Below are positions 23,663 to 36,300 of a DNA stretch of 64,000 bases, piece by piece. Every line of letters starts with the position of its first letter. Position 1 is the stretch's first letter. The notes under the pieces were generated by a model. That model did not search any database and was not told the origin of the DNA. It saw only the letters and a program-made list of their open reading frames with translations. A program made the position numbers and the translations under genes. Origin of the DNA: Prorocentrum cordatum (taxonomy: Eukaryota); NCBI GenBank assembly GCA_963575745.1, contig CAUYUJ010000098.1, positions 1 to 64,000 of the forward strand, given 5' to 3'.

Positions 23663-26600
23663 AATTATCCCGGCAAAGCAACCTAACAGCGATGTGTAGG
23701 AGCATATCTGGAAGCATTCCCCTAAAGATTCAGATGATAATCCAGTTGTAGAATTCTGCTGTTCTCGCAGTCGTAGTCGCATTCGCGATGACAGTCGCAG
23801 TGGCAAACGGCCAGTCGCAGTCACAGACCTCAGAGCGCGAGCCGGCCTCAGCCTCAGCCTCCGCCTGCCTCAGCCTCAGCCTGGCCTCCAGCCTCAGCCT
23901 CAAAGCTGCCTGCAAATCCTCACATCATCTGCTCAGCTTCGGCCTCAACCTCAGACTGCTCAACCTCAGCCTGCATCAGCCTCAGCCTCAGCCTCACCTG
24001 CCTCAGCATCAGCCTGTGCCCACTAGCTACAGCCTCAGCCTCAGTCCTGCTCTGCCTCAGCCTCACCTGCATTCAGGCCTCAGACCTCATCCCTGCGTCA
24101 GCTCGGCCTCAGCCTCTAGCCTGCCTCCTTGCCTCACCTCAGCCATGAAAAAATTCAGCAATCGCACGAAAATCAACCCAGCATGCCATGGACAAAGCGC
24201 TGAATGTACACCGATGTGTTCGACGACTGCGTATGTAATGATGTGACGATATACAGACTGAGCCCTTCGTGAATGTCTACATGTTTTACTGACGCCTACA
24301 AACGGCGCTGACGTGTGTGTGAAAAGTGTCCGCGCAGCAAAAGCCGGCGAAGCGTGCAGACAGCCAGCTGCAAAAGGTTGCGAGCGGCTCTTGGAAGACG
24401 TTAACGGAACGGAGCTACGGTGTCTGAAAACAATGGCATCGAAGCGAAGAGCCTCGGAGCCCTGCAGCCTGAGAAACACCGCAGGAACTCGCATACTGAA
24501 AAGGAATGCATTGCAAACCGCACGTTGCGAACCCTGCAGGCTGAGAAGCACCGCAGGATGTCGCATGCTGAAAAGCACTTGTACTGCAGAGCGCAGGCTG
24601 CGATACCTGCAGGCTGAGAAGCACCGCAGGAACTCGCATGCTTTCGAACACTACTGCTCGAGACCGCAGCTGGAGAGCGGCAGACCGCAGGCTGAGAAGC
24701 ACCGCGGGCAGAGAGACTTGCAAAACTCAGTTGTCCTGATCGTCTTGGAGGAAGTCACGCCAGTCCGGCGGCTGCCAAGAATCGATGATGCGCCTGGAGC
24801 CACCGCCCGTGCTGCCGCCGATGTCCAGGTAGTCGCCATCGCCCCTGAACAGACGGCCGTGCCCGCGCGCCAGAATCGCTTGGTTGCGGATTTGAAGCAG
24901 CGCTCCGCTCTCAAACATCTGCAACACGTCCTGCTGCCTGCGCGTGAAGTTCGGCTTTGCCTGGCCAGCCTGGGCAGACAGATATAGGGAAAGCCGCTCC
25001 CCCACGTTGTAGCGCGCGATGGCCTCGGCCTTCTGGTGGTGCAGCCGGCGCCGCTGTTGCCGCAGAGCTTCCTCGGGAACTGCTGCATCACGGCCCTCAC
25101 TGTGATCAGCTTGCAACGCTTGCGTTAACCAATCAACGTCGAAGCGCCCTGAGGAGGCCAGCGCCTCCCAGATCTGTTTAGTACCGGCCACACGTTGCAA
25201 ATGGCGATGCCACCGCTTACGCTTCTGGTCTTTCGCAAACTTGGCGACGCTACCCAGACCTGCACCCTTGGCCTGGCCACCTTTTCCCGCAGGCTGAGAA
25301 GCACCGTGAGAACCTTTCTTACCGCCTGGCCCTTTGTTAGGACCCTGCGGAACCGCATGGCCCCCTTGTGGCGCAGACTTGCCTCTCGCTTTTCCCTTTT
25401 CGACATCCCGTCCCTGAAGCGCACGCTGCTGCCGCGACTGCTCGTACTGGTCGCGAGCTACTCAGACCAATTCCTGGCGCTCAGGCTCCGTGAGAACGTA
25501 GCGCACGTCGTCGATGTTCTTGCTCCGCAGAAAGTCATGTCGAAAAACAAACAAAATAAAAATAAGAAACAAATTGGAAAAAATAAAAAAAAAAAAAGAA
25601 AAAAAACAAAGAAAGTAAAAAAAAACATTAAATAAGAAAATAATGAACACCACCTCCCACCCCCCAAAACAACCAAACAATAACACCCTAGAGCTTAAGG
25701 ACAGAGAGAAATGCTCGGCCAAGTCCACCTCCTGAGACGAGACGCAAAGGCCGTGTCATATTCCGAGCCAGGCTGAGGAGCGCCAGCTGGATCAGTGTCC
25801 GCCGGCTCCGTGGACTTCCTCTTTTTGAAAAGCAAGAGACTGAGATGATGGAGGACTTTCGGATCGTACTCCTCGTCGTGGTTACCTGTCGTCCCAAAGC
25901 TTCCTCAGCTCCCTGTGCAAGTCGCCCGCGCGATTCTGAACGACATCCTCGACGTAGTCGGGATCACCCGGTGAAGTCGGTGAAAGCGGAGGAGCAGAAC
26001 TCGGCGACCGATCCCAATGCACAGAAGACTCGCGGTCCGCCTGTACGCTGACGTCGGCGTCGGAGACGTTTTCGACGACAATTTTCCGCCTCTTGCTCTC
26101 CCCAGGCTGAATAGCACCAGGGAGAGTGAGCACAACCGCCACCGCATCGTGTGCGTCGTTGCGCATGCCACGATCCGTAAAAGACGCGCCAACGGCAATG
26201 GAGCAGAAACGGGCGACTGCTCCGCAGACCGCGACGTGGTCGCCTTTGAGGTCGGCCGGAGTGGCATGGACCTCCCATACCTTCTCGTCGTTCTGCTCGC
26301 GCTGGTAAGCCTCCCGCGCCTCCTGGAAAGTGAGGTTGTCGTCGCCGACTACAAGCACAACGACTGCCACGTTTAGATTCTCAAGAATCTTGGCCAGGCC
26401 GTCCAGGTGCAAGCGGAGATGGCGAACTGTCCGCTTTCGAGTCTGGATGCTCGGCGGTTTCTTGCCGCACACAATGTGCATGTTGGCGATCACCACGTGG
26501 AACTTGTCATGGCCTGGTTTGTTCACCTCAAAATGTGAAATAACAGCATCAATATCTCGGCCGCTAGGAGGCCTGTAAACTTTGCTGTCTTCGCACAGAG

Positions 26601-27885
26601 TCAGTTCCGCAGGCTGAGAATCCACCGCGACCGCCAGAGAGTCAAGTAAGTTGTCGACCTCCAAGAAGCGAATGCCATCACCGAAAGGCTTACTGAGGAT
26701 GTCTGTCACGAGATCCCTGCTCGGCGAAAGCCTTCACGGAACGCACCGACCTCGCAGCCACAGACCATATCAGCATCAGCGGTCTCCACTATCTTGGCGC
26801 ACAACCTTCCGAAATTAGCGCAGTGAGCGGCCGCCTGCTTACCAGTCATCATGCCCTGCTCGAACCCGAAATTGAACGAGGCGACCGTGAAAGACGCAGG
26901 CTGCACAGCGCCAGAACCAGGCGTCTGTCCACCTTCCTCCGCAGGCTGAGACGCACCGCGAGGCGGCGCAGGCTGAGAAGCACCGCGAGGCGGCGACACT
27001 TCGGACGAGCCTCGCGGAGCAGAGGCTGCGGATGAACGTTGGACATGGGGGTACGGCCAGGGGAACGCCATTGCAATCAAAACTCAGTGGACTGCAGTGA
27101 ATGAAAGTAGTGGCCAATTGAATGCAGAGGACTGCAGTGTCACTAGCAAGTCCTGAACCAAACACAGCTGTGGCGGAAGGAATATGAAGCGTCTGGCTAT
27201 TCAAAATGTTGCCCGGCAATGTCCTCCTCCTCCTCCTCCTCCTCCTCCTCGTCCTCCTCCTCCTCTTCCTCCTCCTCCTCCTCCTCCTCCTCCTCCTCCT
27301 CCTCCTCCTCCTGGTAGTCCTCCCCCTCCCCTCCTCCTCCTGGTAGCCCAGGAATGGGAGTTTTGGGAACTCGAAGAGCACGAAGTGGCCTACAGTTGGC
27401 TCCGGGCATTCAAAATGTGGCCCGGGAATGGAGTTCTGGGAACTCGAAGAGCACGAAGTGGCCTACAGTTGGCTCCGGGCATTCAAAATGTGGCCCGGGA
27501 ATGGAGTTCTGGGAAGTCGAAGAGCACGAAGTGGCCTACAGTTGGCTCCGGGCATCCAAAACGTGGCCCGGGAATGGCGTTCTGGGAACTCGAAGAGCAC
27601 GAAGTGTGTGACTGTTGCATCCGGCCCCCCAGAATGTGGCCCGGGAATGGCGTTCTGGGATGTCGAAGAGCACTTTGTGTGTGACTGTTGCATCCGGCCC
27701 CCCAGAATGTTGCCTGGGAATGGAGTTCTGGGAAGGCGAAGAGCACGAAGTGTGTGACTGTTGGTGAAAAACGAGCCCGGCTCATGCCGCCCGGAAACGC
27801 CCCAACACCTGCCCGGACCCCCCTGTGGAGTGATCTGTGAGCTCTTTTGAGTCAACTAGAAACCTATCAGTCTTCGCTGTTAGGT
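23663..27885 (-). mobile_element. Family A copy 3 (about 4.2 kb, ORF-bearing)
   Basis: Both termini present; colinear with copies 4-6. Confidence 0.85.
24727..27071 (-). pseudogene. EEP-domain ORF, copy in A3 (frameshifts and A-rich insert as assembled)
   Basis: ORF pieces 26706..27080, 25882..26709 and 24727..25200 match the other copies. Confidence 0.75.
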
Positions 27886-28117
27886 AAAAACCTAAACCCA
27901 AGGCAAAAGCATCCATGGAATTCGACTAAAGGTTGCGCCCCTCTGTCCGCGAATCGGCCATAGAGAATTTTTCATCACAAGGTGAGCAATCAAGCAAAAG
28001 AACTTCATGAACAACTCCCTTTTTGCGCTGCTGCACCACATCAAATTTCGTTCTACGATGCTATGGGAGCGTCGAACAAGGATTCGCATAAGAATTTTGC
28101 ATGGCCCGCGTGAAAGA

Positions 28118-31100
28118 AAATTATCCCGGCAAAGCAACCTAACAGCGATGTGTAGGAGCATATCTGGAAGCATCCCCCTTAAGATTCAGATGAGAATCCA
28201 GTTGTAGAGTTCTGCTGTTCTCGCAGTCGTAGTCGCATTCGCGATGACAGTCGCAGTGGCAACGGCAGTCGCAGTCACAGCCTCAGCCTCAGCCTGCCTC
28301 AGCCTCAGCCTCAGCCTGCCTCAGCCTCAGCCTGCCACAGCCTCAGCCTCAGCCTGCTTCAGCCTCAAAAAAAAATGAGAGACAAAAAAACAAAAAAAAG
28401 AACCAGAAAGCAATCAGTCTCTTTGCCTTCAGCTTCGCCTCACCTCAACTGCCTCAACCTACAGCCTGCAATTCACTCAGCCTCAGCCCTCAAGCCTGCT
28501 CAGCATCAGCCTGCCTCAAACTTCAGGCTTTCAGCCTCAGCCTAGCTCTGCCTCAGCCTCAGCCTTCTTCAGCCTCATCCTCAGTCCGCCGTCGCCTCGG
28601 CACTCCCTCAGCTCCTCAGCCTCAGCCTGCATGCAGCCTCAGCCTCACACTAAGCCACCCAGCAAGAAGACAAAAAGCCGCTGAAAAACACCGAATGTGT
28701 CGACGACTGCGAATGTAATGATTGTGACCGATATAAAAAAAAAAAAATAAAAAAAAACCGACTGAGCCCTTCGTGAATGTCTACATGTTTTTCTGACGCC
28801 TACAACGGCGCTGACGTGTGTGTGAAAAGTGTCCGCGCAGCAAAAGCCGGCGAAGCGTGCAGACAGCCAGCTGCAAAAGGTTGCGAACGGCTCTTGGAAG
28901 ACGTTTACGGAACGGAGCTACGGTGTCTGAAAACATTGGCATCGAAGCGAAGAGCCTCGGAGCCCTGCAGCCTGAGAAACACCGCAAGAACTCGCATACT
29001 GAAAAGGAATGCATTGCAAACCGCACGTTGCGAACCCTGAAGGCTGAGAAGCACCGCAGGATGTCGCATGCTGAAAAGCACTTGTACTGCAGAGTCCGCC
29101 AGGCTGCGAAACCTGCAGGCTGAGAAGCACCGCAGGAACTCGCATGCTTTCGAACACTACTGCTCGAGACCGCAGCTGGATAGCGGCAGACCGCAGGCTG
29201 AGAAGCACCGCGGGCAGAGAGACTTGCAAAACTCAGATGTCCTGATCGTCTTGGAGGAAGTCACGCCAGTCCGGCGGCTGCCAAGAATCGATGATGCGCC
29301 TGGAGCCACCGCCCGTGCTGCCGCCGATGTCCAGGTAGTCGCCATCGCCCCTGAACATACGGCCGTGCCCGCACGCCAGAATCGCTTGGTTGCGGATTTG
29401 AAGCAGCGCTCCGCTCTCAAACATCTGCAACACGTCCTGCTGCCTGCGCGTGAAGTTCGGCTTTGCCTGGCCAGCCTGGGCAGACAGATGAGGGAAAAGC
29501 CGTCCCCCTCGTTGTAGCCGCCGATGGCCTCGCCTTCTGGCGGTGCTGCCGGCGCCGCGTTTGCCGCAGAGCTCCAGCGGGAACTGCTGCAATCACGAGC
29601 TTCACTGTGATCACCTTGCAACGCATGGCGTTAACCAATCATACGTCCGAAAAAAAAAAGAAAATAAAAAAAAAACAAAAAAAAAAAAAAAAATAAAGAA
29701 GCGCCCTGAGAAGGCAGCACCTCCCAGATCTGTTTGGTACCGGCCACACGTTGCAAATGGCGATGCCACCGCTTACGCTTCTGGTCTTTCACAAACTTGG
29801 CGACGCTACCCAGACCTGCACCCTTGGCCTGGCCACCTTTTCCCGCAGGCTGAGAAGCACCGTAGAACCTTTCTTACCGCCTGGCCCTTTGTTAGGACCC
29901 TGCGGAACCGCATGGCCCCCTTGTGGCGCAGACTTGCCTTTCGCTTTTCCCTTTTCGATATCCCGTTCCTGAAGCGCACGCTGCTGCCGCGACTGCTCGT
30001 ACTGGACGCGAGCTACTCTGACCAATTCCTGGCGCTCAGGCTCCGTGAGAACGTAGCGCATGTCGTCGATGTTCTTGCTCCGCAGAAAGTCATGTCGAAG
30101 CTTATGGACAGAGAGAATGGCTCGGCCAGTCTCCTCCTGAGACGCAAAGGCCGTGTCATATTCCGAGCCAGGCTGAGGAGCGCCAGCTGGATCAGTGTCC
30201 GCTGGCTCCGTGGACTTCCTCTTTTTGAAAAGCAAGAGACTGAGAGGATGGAGGACTTTCGGATCGTACTCCTCGTCGTACCTGTCGTCCCAAAGCTGCC
30301 TCAGCTCCCTGTGCAAGTCGTCCGCGCGATTCTGAACGACATCCTCGACGTAGTCGGAATCACCCGGTGAAGTCGGTGAAAGCGGAGGAGCAGAACTCGG
30401 CGACCGATCCCAATGCACAGAAGACTCGCGGTCCGCCTGTACGCTGACGTCGGCGTCAGAGACGTTTTCGACGACAATTTTCCGCCTCTTGCTCTCCCCA
30501 GGCTGAACAGCACCAGGGAGAGTGAGCACAACCGCCACCGCATCGCGTGCGTCGTTGCGCATGCCACGATCCGTAAAAGACGCGCCAACGGCAATGGAGC
30601 AGAAACGGGCGACTGCTCCGCAGACCGCGACGTGGTCGCCTTTGAGGTCGGCCGGAGTGGCATGGACCTCCCATACCTTCTCGTCGTTCTGCTCGCGCTG
30701 GTAAGCCACCCGCGCCTCCTGGAAAGTGAGGTTGTCGTCGCCGACTACAAGCACAACGACTGCCTCGTTTAGATTCTCAAGAATCTTGGCCAGGCCGTCC
30801 AGGTGCAAGCGGAGATGGCGAACTGTCCGCTTTCGAGTCTGGATGCTCGGCGGTTTCTTCCCGCACACGATGTGCATGTTGGCGATCACCACGTGGAACT
30901 TGTCATGGCCTGGTTTGTTCACCTCAAAATGTGAAATAACAGCATCAATATCTCGGCCGCTAGGAGGCCTGTAAACTTTGCTGTCTTCGCACAGAGTCAG
31001 TTCCGCAGGCTCAGAAGCACCGCGGAACCCGCAGAGAGTCAAGTAGTTGTCGACCTCCAAGAAGCGAATGCCATCACCGAAAGGCTTACTGAGGATCTCT

Positions 31101-32191
31101 GTCGCGTTGATCCCTGCTCGGCGAAAGCCTTCACGGAACGCACCGACCTCGCAGCCACAGACCATATCAGCATCAGCGGTCTCCACTATCGTGGCGCACA
31201 CCCTTCCGAAGTTAGCGCAGTAAGTGGCCGCCTGCTTACCAGTCATCATGCCCTGCTCGAACCCGAAATTGAACGAGGCGACCGTGAAAGACGCAGGCTG
31301 CACAGCGCCAGAAACCAGCGCGTTCCTGTCCACCTTCCCTCCGCAGGCAGAGAAGCACCCGCGAACCGCGCAGGCTGAGAAAGCACCGCGAGTCGGCGAC
31401 ACACGGACGTCGCCACGTCGAGCTAGAGGCTGCGGATGAGGGTTGGAACATGGTGTTAACCGGCCAGGGGAACGCCATTGCAATCAAAACTCAGTGGACT
31501 GCAGTGAATGAATGTAGTGGCCAATTGAATGCAGAGGACTGCAGTGTCACAAGCAAGTCCTGAACCAAACACAGCTGTGGCGGAAGGAATATGAAGCGTC
31601 TGGCTATTCAAAATGTTGCCCGGCAATGGAGTTCTGGGAACTCGAAGACCAGGAAGTGGACTAGAGTTGGCTCTGGGCATCCAAAATGTAGCCCAGGAAT
31701 GGAGTTCTGGGAACTCGAAGAGCACGAAGTGGCCTACAGTTGATGACCCCCGCATGCTCCGCAAACCAAAATTGTGGCCCGGGAATGGAGTTCGGAAAAT
31801 GGAAAGAACACCGAATGGCCTACAGTTCGCTCCGGGCATCCAAATGTGCGGGAATGGGGGGGTCCCCCCCCCTAGACCCCCCCCGTTCTGTGATGTAGCC
31901 GTCGCTCGAAGAGGATACATGATTGCCTCCGCCCCCAGAATGAGGCCCGGGAATGGCGTTCTGGGATGTCGAAGAGCACGAAGTGGCCTACAGTTGCATC
32001 CGGCCCCCCAGAATGTGGCCTGGGAATGGAGTTCTGGGAAGTCGAAGAGCACGAAGTGTGTGACTGTTGGTGAAAAACGAGCCCGGCTCATGCCGCCCGG
32101 AAACGCCCCAACACCTGCCCGGACCCCCCTGTGGAGTGATCTGTGAGCTCTTTTGACACTACTAGAAACCTATCAGTCTTCGCTGTTAGGT
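28118..32191 (-). mobile_element. Family A copy 4 (about 4.1 kb, ORF-bearing)
   Basis: Termini TTATCCCGGC at 28121 and CGCTGTTAGGT ending at 32191. Confidence 0.85.
29233..31478 (-). pseudogene. EEP-domain ORF, copy in A4 (564-aa open stretch; NDAHD changed to NDARD)
   Basis: ORF 29789..31483 spans the whole EEP-like domain; C-terminus continues in 29233..29592. Confidence 0.75.
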
Positions 32192-32309
32192 AATCAATTC
32201 AAACGGGAACGCAAACCGGGCTCAGATTCCTGTAAACACCTTACAAAAATGCCGAAAACAAGAAATGTTTTAAATAACCAAAATACTTTCAATCATTAAA
32301 AAATGACTT

Positions 32310-35300
32310 AAATTATCCCGGCAAAGCAACCTAACAGCGATGTGTAGGAGCATATCTGGAAGCATTCCCCTTAAGATTCAAATGAGAATCCAGTTGTAGA
32401 GTTCTGCTGTTCACGCAGTCGTAGTCGCATTCGCGATGACAGTCGCAGTGGCAACGGCAGTCGCAGTCACAGCTCACCTCAGCCGGCTCAGCCTCAGCCT
32501 CCGCCTGCCTCAGCCTCAGCCAGCCTCAGCCTCAGCCGCAGCTCTTCAGCCTCAGCATCAGTCCTGCCTCAGCCTTCGCCCCAGGCCTCAGCCTGCCTCG
32601 GCCTCAGCCTTGCACTCAGCCTCAATCCTCAGACCTCGGCCTGCCTATCCCCAAAAAGCATCACCTGCCTCAGCGCCTCAGCCTCAGCCTCAAGCCTGCC
32701 ACAGCCTCGCCTCACCTGCTCAGCCGCAGCCTCATCTGCCGTCGCCTCTGCCTCAGCCTCAGCCTGCCTCAGCCTCAGCCTGCATCAGCCTCAGCCTCAG
32801 CACGAAGCAACCCAGCTAGAAGGACAAAGCGCTGAATGTACACCGATGTGTTCGACGACTGCGTATGTAATGATGTGACGATATCCAGACTGAGCCCTTC
32901 GTGAATGTCTACATGTTTTTCTGACGCCTACAAACGGCGCTGACGTGTGTGAGAAAATTGCCCGCGCAGCAAAAGCCGGCGAAGCGTGCGGGAGCTCGCA
33001 TGCTGAGACAGACTACGTCTGCAGACCGCCAGCTGCAAAAGGTTGCGAGCGGTTCTTGGAAGATGTTTACGGAACGGAGCCACGGTGTCTGAAAACATTG
33101 GCATCGAAGCGAAGAGCCTCGGAGCCCTGCAGCCTGAGAAACACCGCAGGAACTCGCATACTGAAAAGGAATGCATTGCAAACCGCACGTTGGGAACCCT
33201 GCAGGCTGAGAAGCACCGCAGGATGTCGCATGCTGAAAAGCACTTGTACTGCAGAGCGCAAGCTGCGAAACCTGCAGGCTGAGAAGCACCGCAGGAACTC
33301 GCATGCTTTCGAACACTACTGCGCGAGACCGCAGCTGGAGAGCGGCAGACCGCAGGCTGAGAAGCACCGCGGGCAGGGAGACTTGCAAAACTCAGATGTC
33401 CTGATCGTCTTGGAGGAAGTCACGCCAGTCCGGCGGCTGCCAAGAATCGATGATGCTCCTGGAGCCACCGCCCGAGCTGCCGCCGATGTCCAGGTAGTCG
33501 CCATCGGCCCTGAACAGACGGCCGTGCCCCAACGCCAGAATCGCTTGGTTGCGGATTTGAAGCAGCGCTCCGCTCTCAAACATCTGCAACACGTCCAGCT
33601 GCCTGCGCGTGAAGTTAGGCTTTGGCTGGCCAGCCTGGGCAGACAGATGGCGGGAAAGCCGCTCCCCCTCGTTGTAGCGCGCGATGGCCTCGGCCTTCTG
33701 GTGGTGCAGCCGGCGCCGCTGTTGCCGCAGAGCTTCCTCGGGAACTGCTGCATCACGGCCCTCACTGTGATCAACTTGCAACGCTTGCGTTAGCCAATCA
33801 ACGTCGAAGCGCCCTGAGAAGGCCAGCACCTCCCAGATCTGTTTGGTACCGGCCACACGTTGCAAATGGCGATGCCACCGCTTACGCTTCTGGTCTTTCA
33901 CAAACTTGGCGACGCTACCCAGACCTGCACCCTTGGCCTGCCACCTTTTCCCGCAGGCTGAGAAGCACCGTGAGAACCTTTCTTACCGCCTGGCCCTTTG
34001 TTAGGACCCTGCGGAACCGCATGGCCCCCTTGTGGCGCAGACTTGCCTCTCGCTTTTCCCTTTTCGACATCCCGTTCCTGAAGCGCACGCTGCTGCCGCG
34101 ACTGCTCGCACTGGTCGCGAGCTACTCTGACCAATTCCTGGCGCTCAGGCCCCGTGAGAACGTAGCGCATGTCGTCGATGTTCTTGCTCCGCAGAAAGTC
34201 ATGTCGAAGCTTAAGGACAGAGAGAATGGCTCGGCCAGTCTCCTCCTGAGACGCAAAGGCCGCGTCATATTCACCAGGCTGAGGAGACGCTGAGTAAAAA
34301 ATATAACAAACAAAACACCATACAAGACTTAAAATAAGACTTAAAAAAATAAAAACCATCAGAAAAAAATAAGAGAAAAAACAAAAAAAAAATCAGAATA
34401 AAATAAGTCAGCTGGATTAAGCGCTCCGCTGGCTCCGTGGACTTCCTCTTTTTGAAAAGCAAGAGACTGAGATGATGGAGGACTTTCGGATCGTACTCCT
34501 CGTCGTACCTTTCGTCCCAAAGCTGCCTCAGCTCCCTGTGCAAGTCGTTCGCGCGATTCTGAACCACATCCTCGACGTAGTCGGGATCACCCGGTGAAGT
34601 CGGTGAAAGCGGAGGAGTAGAACTCGGCGACCGATCCCAATGCACAGAAGACTCGCGGTCCGCCTGTACGCTGACGTCGGCGTCGGAGACGTTTTCGACG
34701 ACAATATTCCGCCTCTTGCTCTCCCCAGGCTGAATAGCACCAGGGAGAGTGAGCACAACCGCCACCGCATCGTGTGCGTCGTTGCGCATGCCACGATCCG
34801 TAAAAGACGCGCCAACGGCAATGGAGCAGAAACGGGCGACTGCTCCGCAGACCGCGACGAGGTCGCCTTTGAGGTCGGCCGGAGTGGCATGGACCTCCCA
34901 GAGCTTCTCGTCGTTCTGCTGGCGCTGGTAAGCCTCCCGCGCCTCCTGGAAAGTGAGGTTGTCGTCGCCGACTACAAGCAGAACGACTGCCTGGCTCAGA
35001 TTCTCAAGAATCTTTCCCACGCAGTCCAGGTGCAAGCGGAGATTGCGAACTGTCCGCTTTCGAGTCTGGATGGTCGGCGGTTTCTTGCCGCACACGATGT
35101 GCATGTTGGCGATCACCACGTGGAACTTGTCATGGCCTGGTTTGTTCACCTCAAAATGTGAAATAACAGCATCAATCTCTCGGCCGCTAGGAGGCCTGAA
35201 AACTTTGCTGTCTTCGCACAGAGTCAGTTCCGCAGGCTGAGAAGCACCGCGGAACCCCCAGAGAGTCAAGTAGTTGTCGACCTCCGAGAAGCGAATGCCA

Positions 35301-36300
35301 TCACCGAAAGGCATACTGAGGATCTCTGTCACGTTGATCCCTGCTCGGCGAAAGCCTTCACGGAACGCACCGACCTCGCAGCCACAGACAATATCAGCAT
35401 CAGCGGTGTCCACTATCGTGGCGCACACCCTTCCGAAGTTAGCGCAGTGAGTGGCCGCCTGCTTACCAGTCATCATGCCCTGCTCGAACCCGAAATTGAA
35501 CGAGGCGACCGAGAAAGACGCAGGCTGCACAGCGCCAGAACCAGGCGTCTGTCCACCTTCCTCCGCAGGCTGAGAAGCACCGCGAGGCGGCGCAGGCTAG
35601 AAGCACCGCGAGGCGGCGACACTTCGGACGAGCCTCGCGGAGCAGAGGCTGCGGATGAACGTTGGATATGGGGGTACGGCCAGGGGAACGCCATTGCAAT
35701 CGAAACTCAGTGGACTGCAGTGAGTGAATGCAGTGGCACGATTGAATGCAGTGGACTGCAGTGTCACTAGCAATTCCTGAACCAAACACGGCTGTGGCGG
35801 AAGGACTACGAAGCGTCTGGCTATTCAAAATGTGGCCCGGGAATGTAGTTCTGGGAACTCGAAGACCAGGAAATGGCCTACAGTTGGCTCCGGGCATCCA
35901 AAATGTGGCCCGGGAATGGAATTCTGGGAACTCGAAGAGCACGAAGTGTGTGACTGTTGCATCCAGCCCTCCAGAATGTGGCCCGGGAATGGCGTTCTGG
36001 GATGTCGAAGAGCACGAAGTGTGTGACTGTTGCATCTGGTTATTCTAAATGTGGCCCGGGAATGGCGTTCTGGGATCTCGAAGAACACGAAGTGTGTGAC
36101 TGTTGCATCCGGGTATTCATAATGTGGCCTGGGAATGGAGTTCTGGGAAGTCGAAGAGCACGAAGTGTGTGACTGTTGGTGAAAAACGAGCCCGGCTCAT
36201 GCCGCCCGGAAACGCCCCAACACCTGCCCGGACCCCCCTGTGGAGTGATCTGTGAGCTCTTTTGAGACCACTAGAAACCTATCAGTCTTCGCTGTTAGGT
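32310..36300 (-). mobile_element. Family A copy 5 (about 4.0 kb, ORF-bearing)
   Basis: Termini at 32313 and 36300; fused directly to copy 6. Confidence 0.85.
33392..35694 (-). pseudogene. EEP-domain ORF, copy in A5 (interrupted as assembled)
   Basis: ORF pieces 35473..35694, 34271..35530, 33898..34359 and 33392..33901. Confidence 0.75.
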
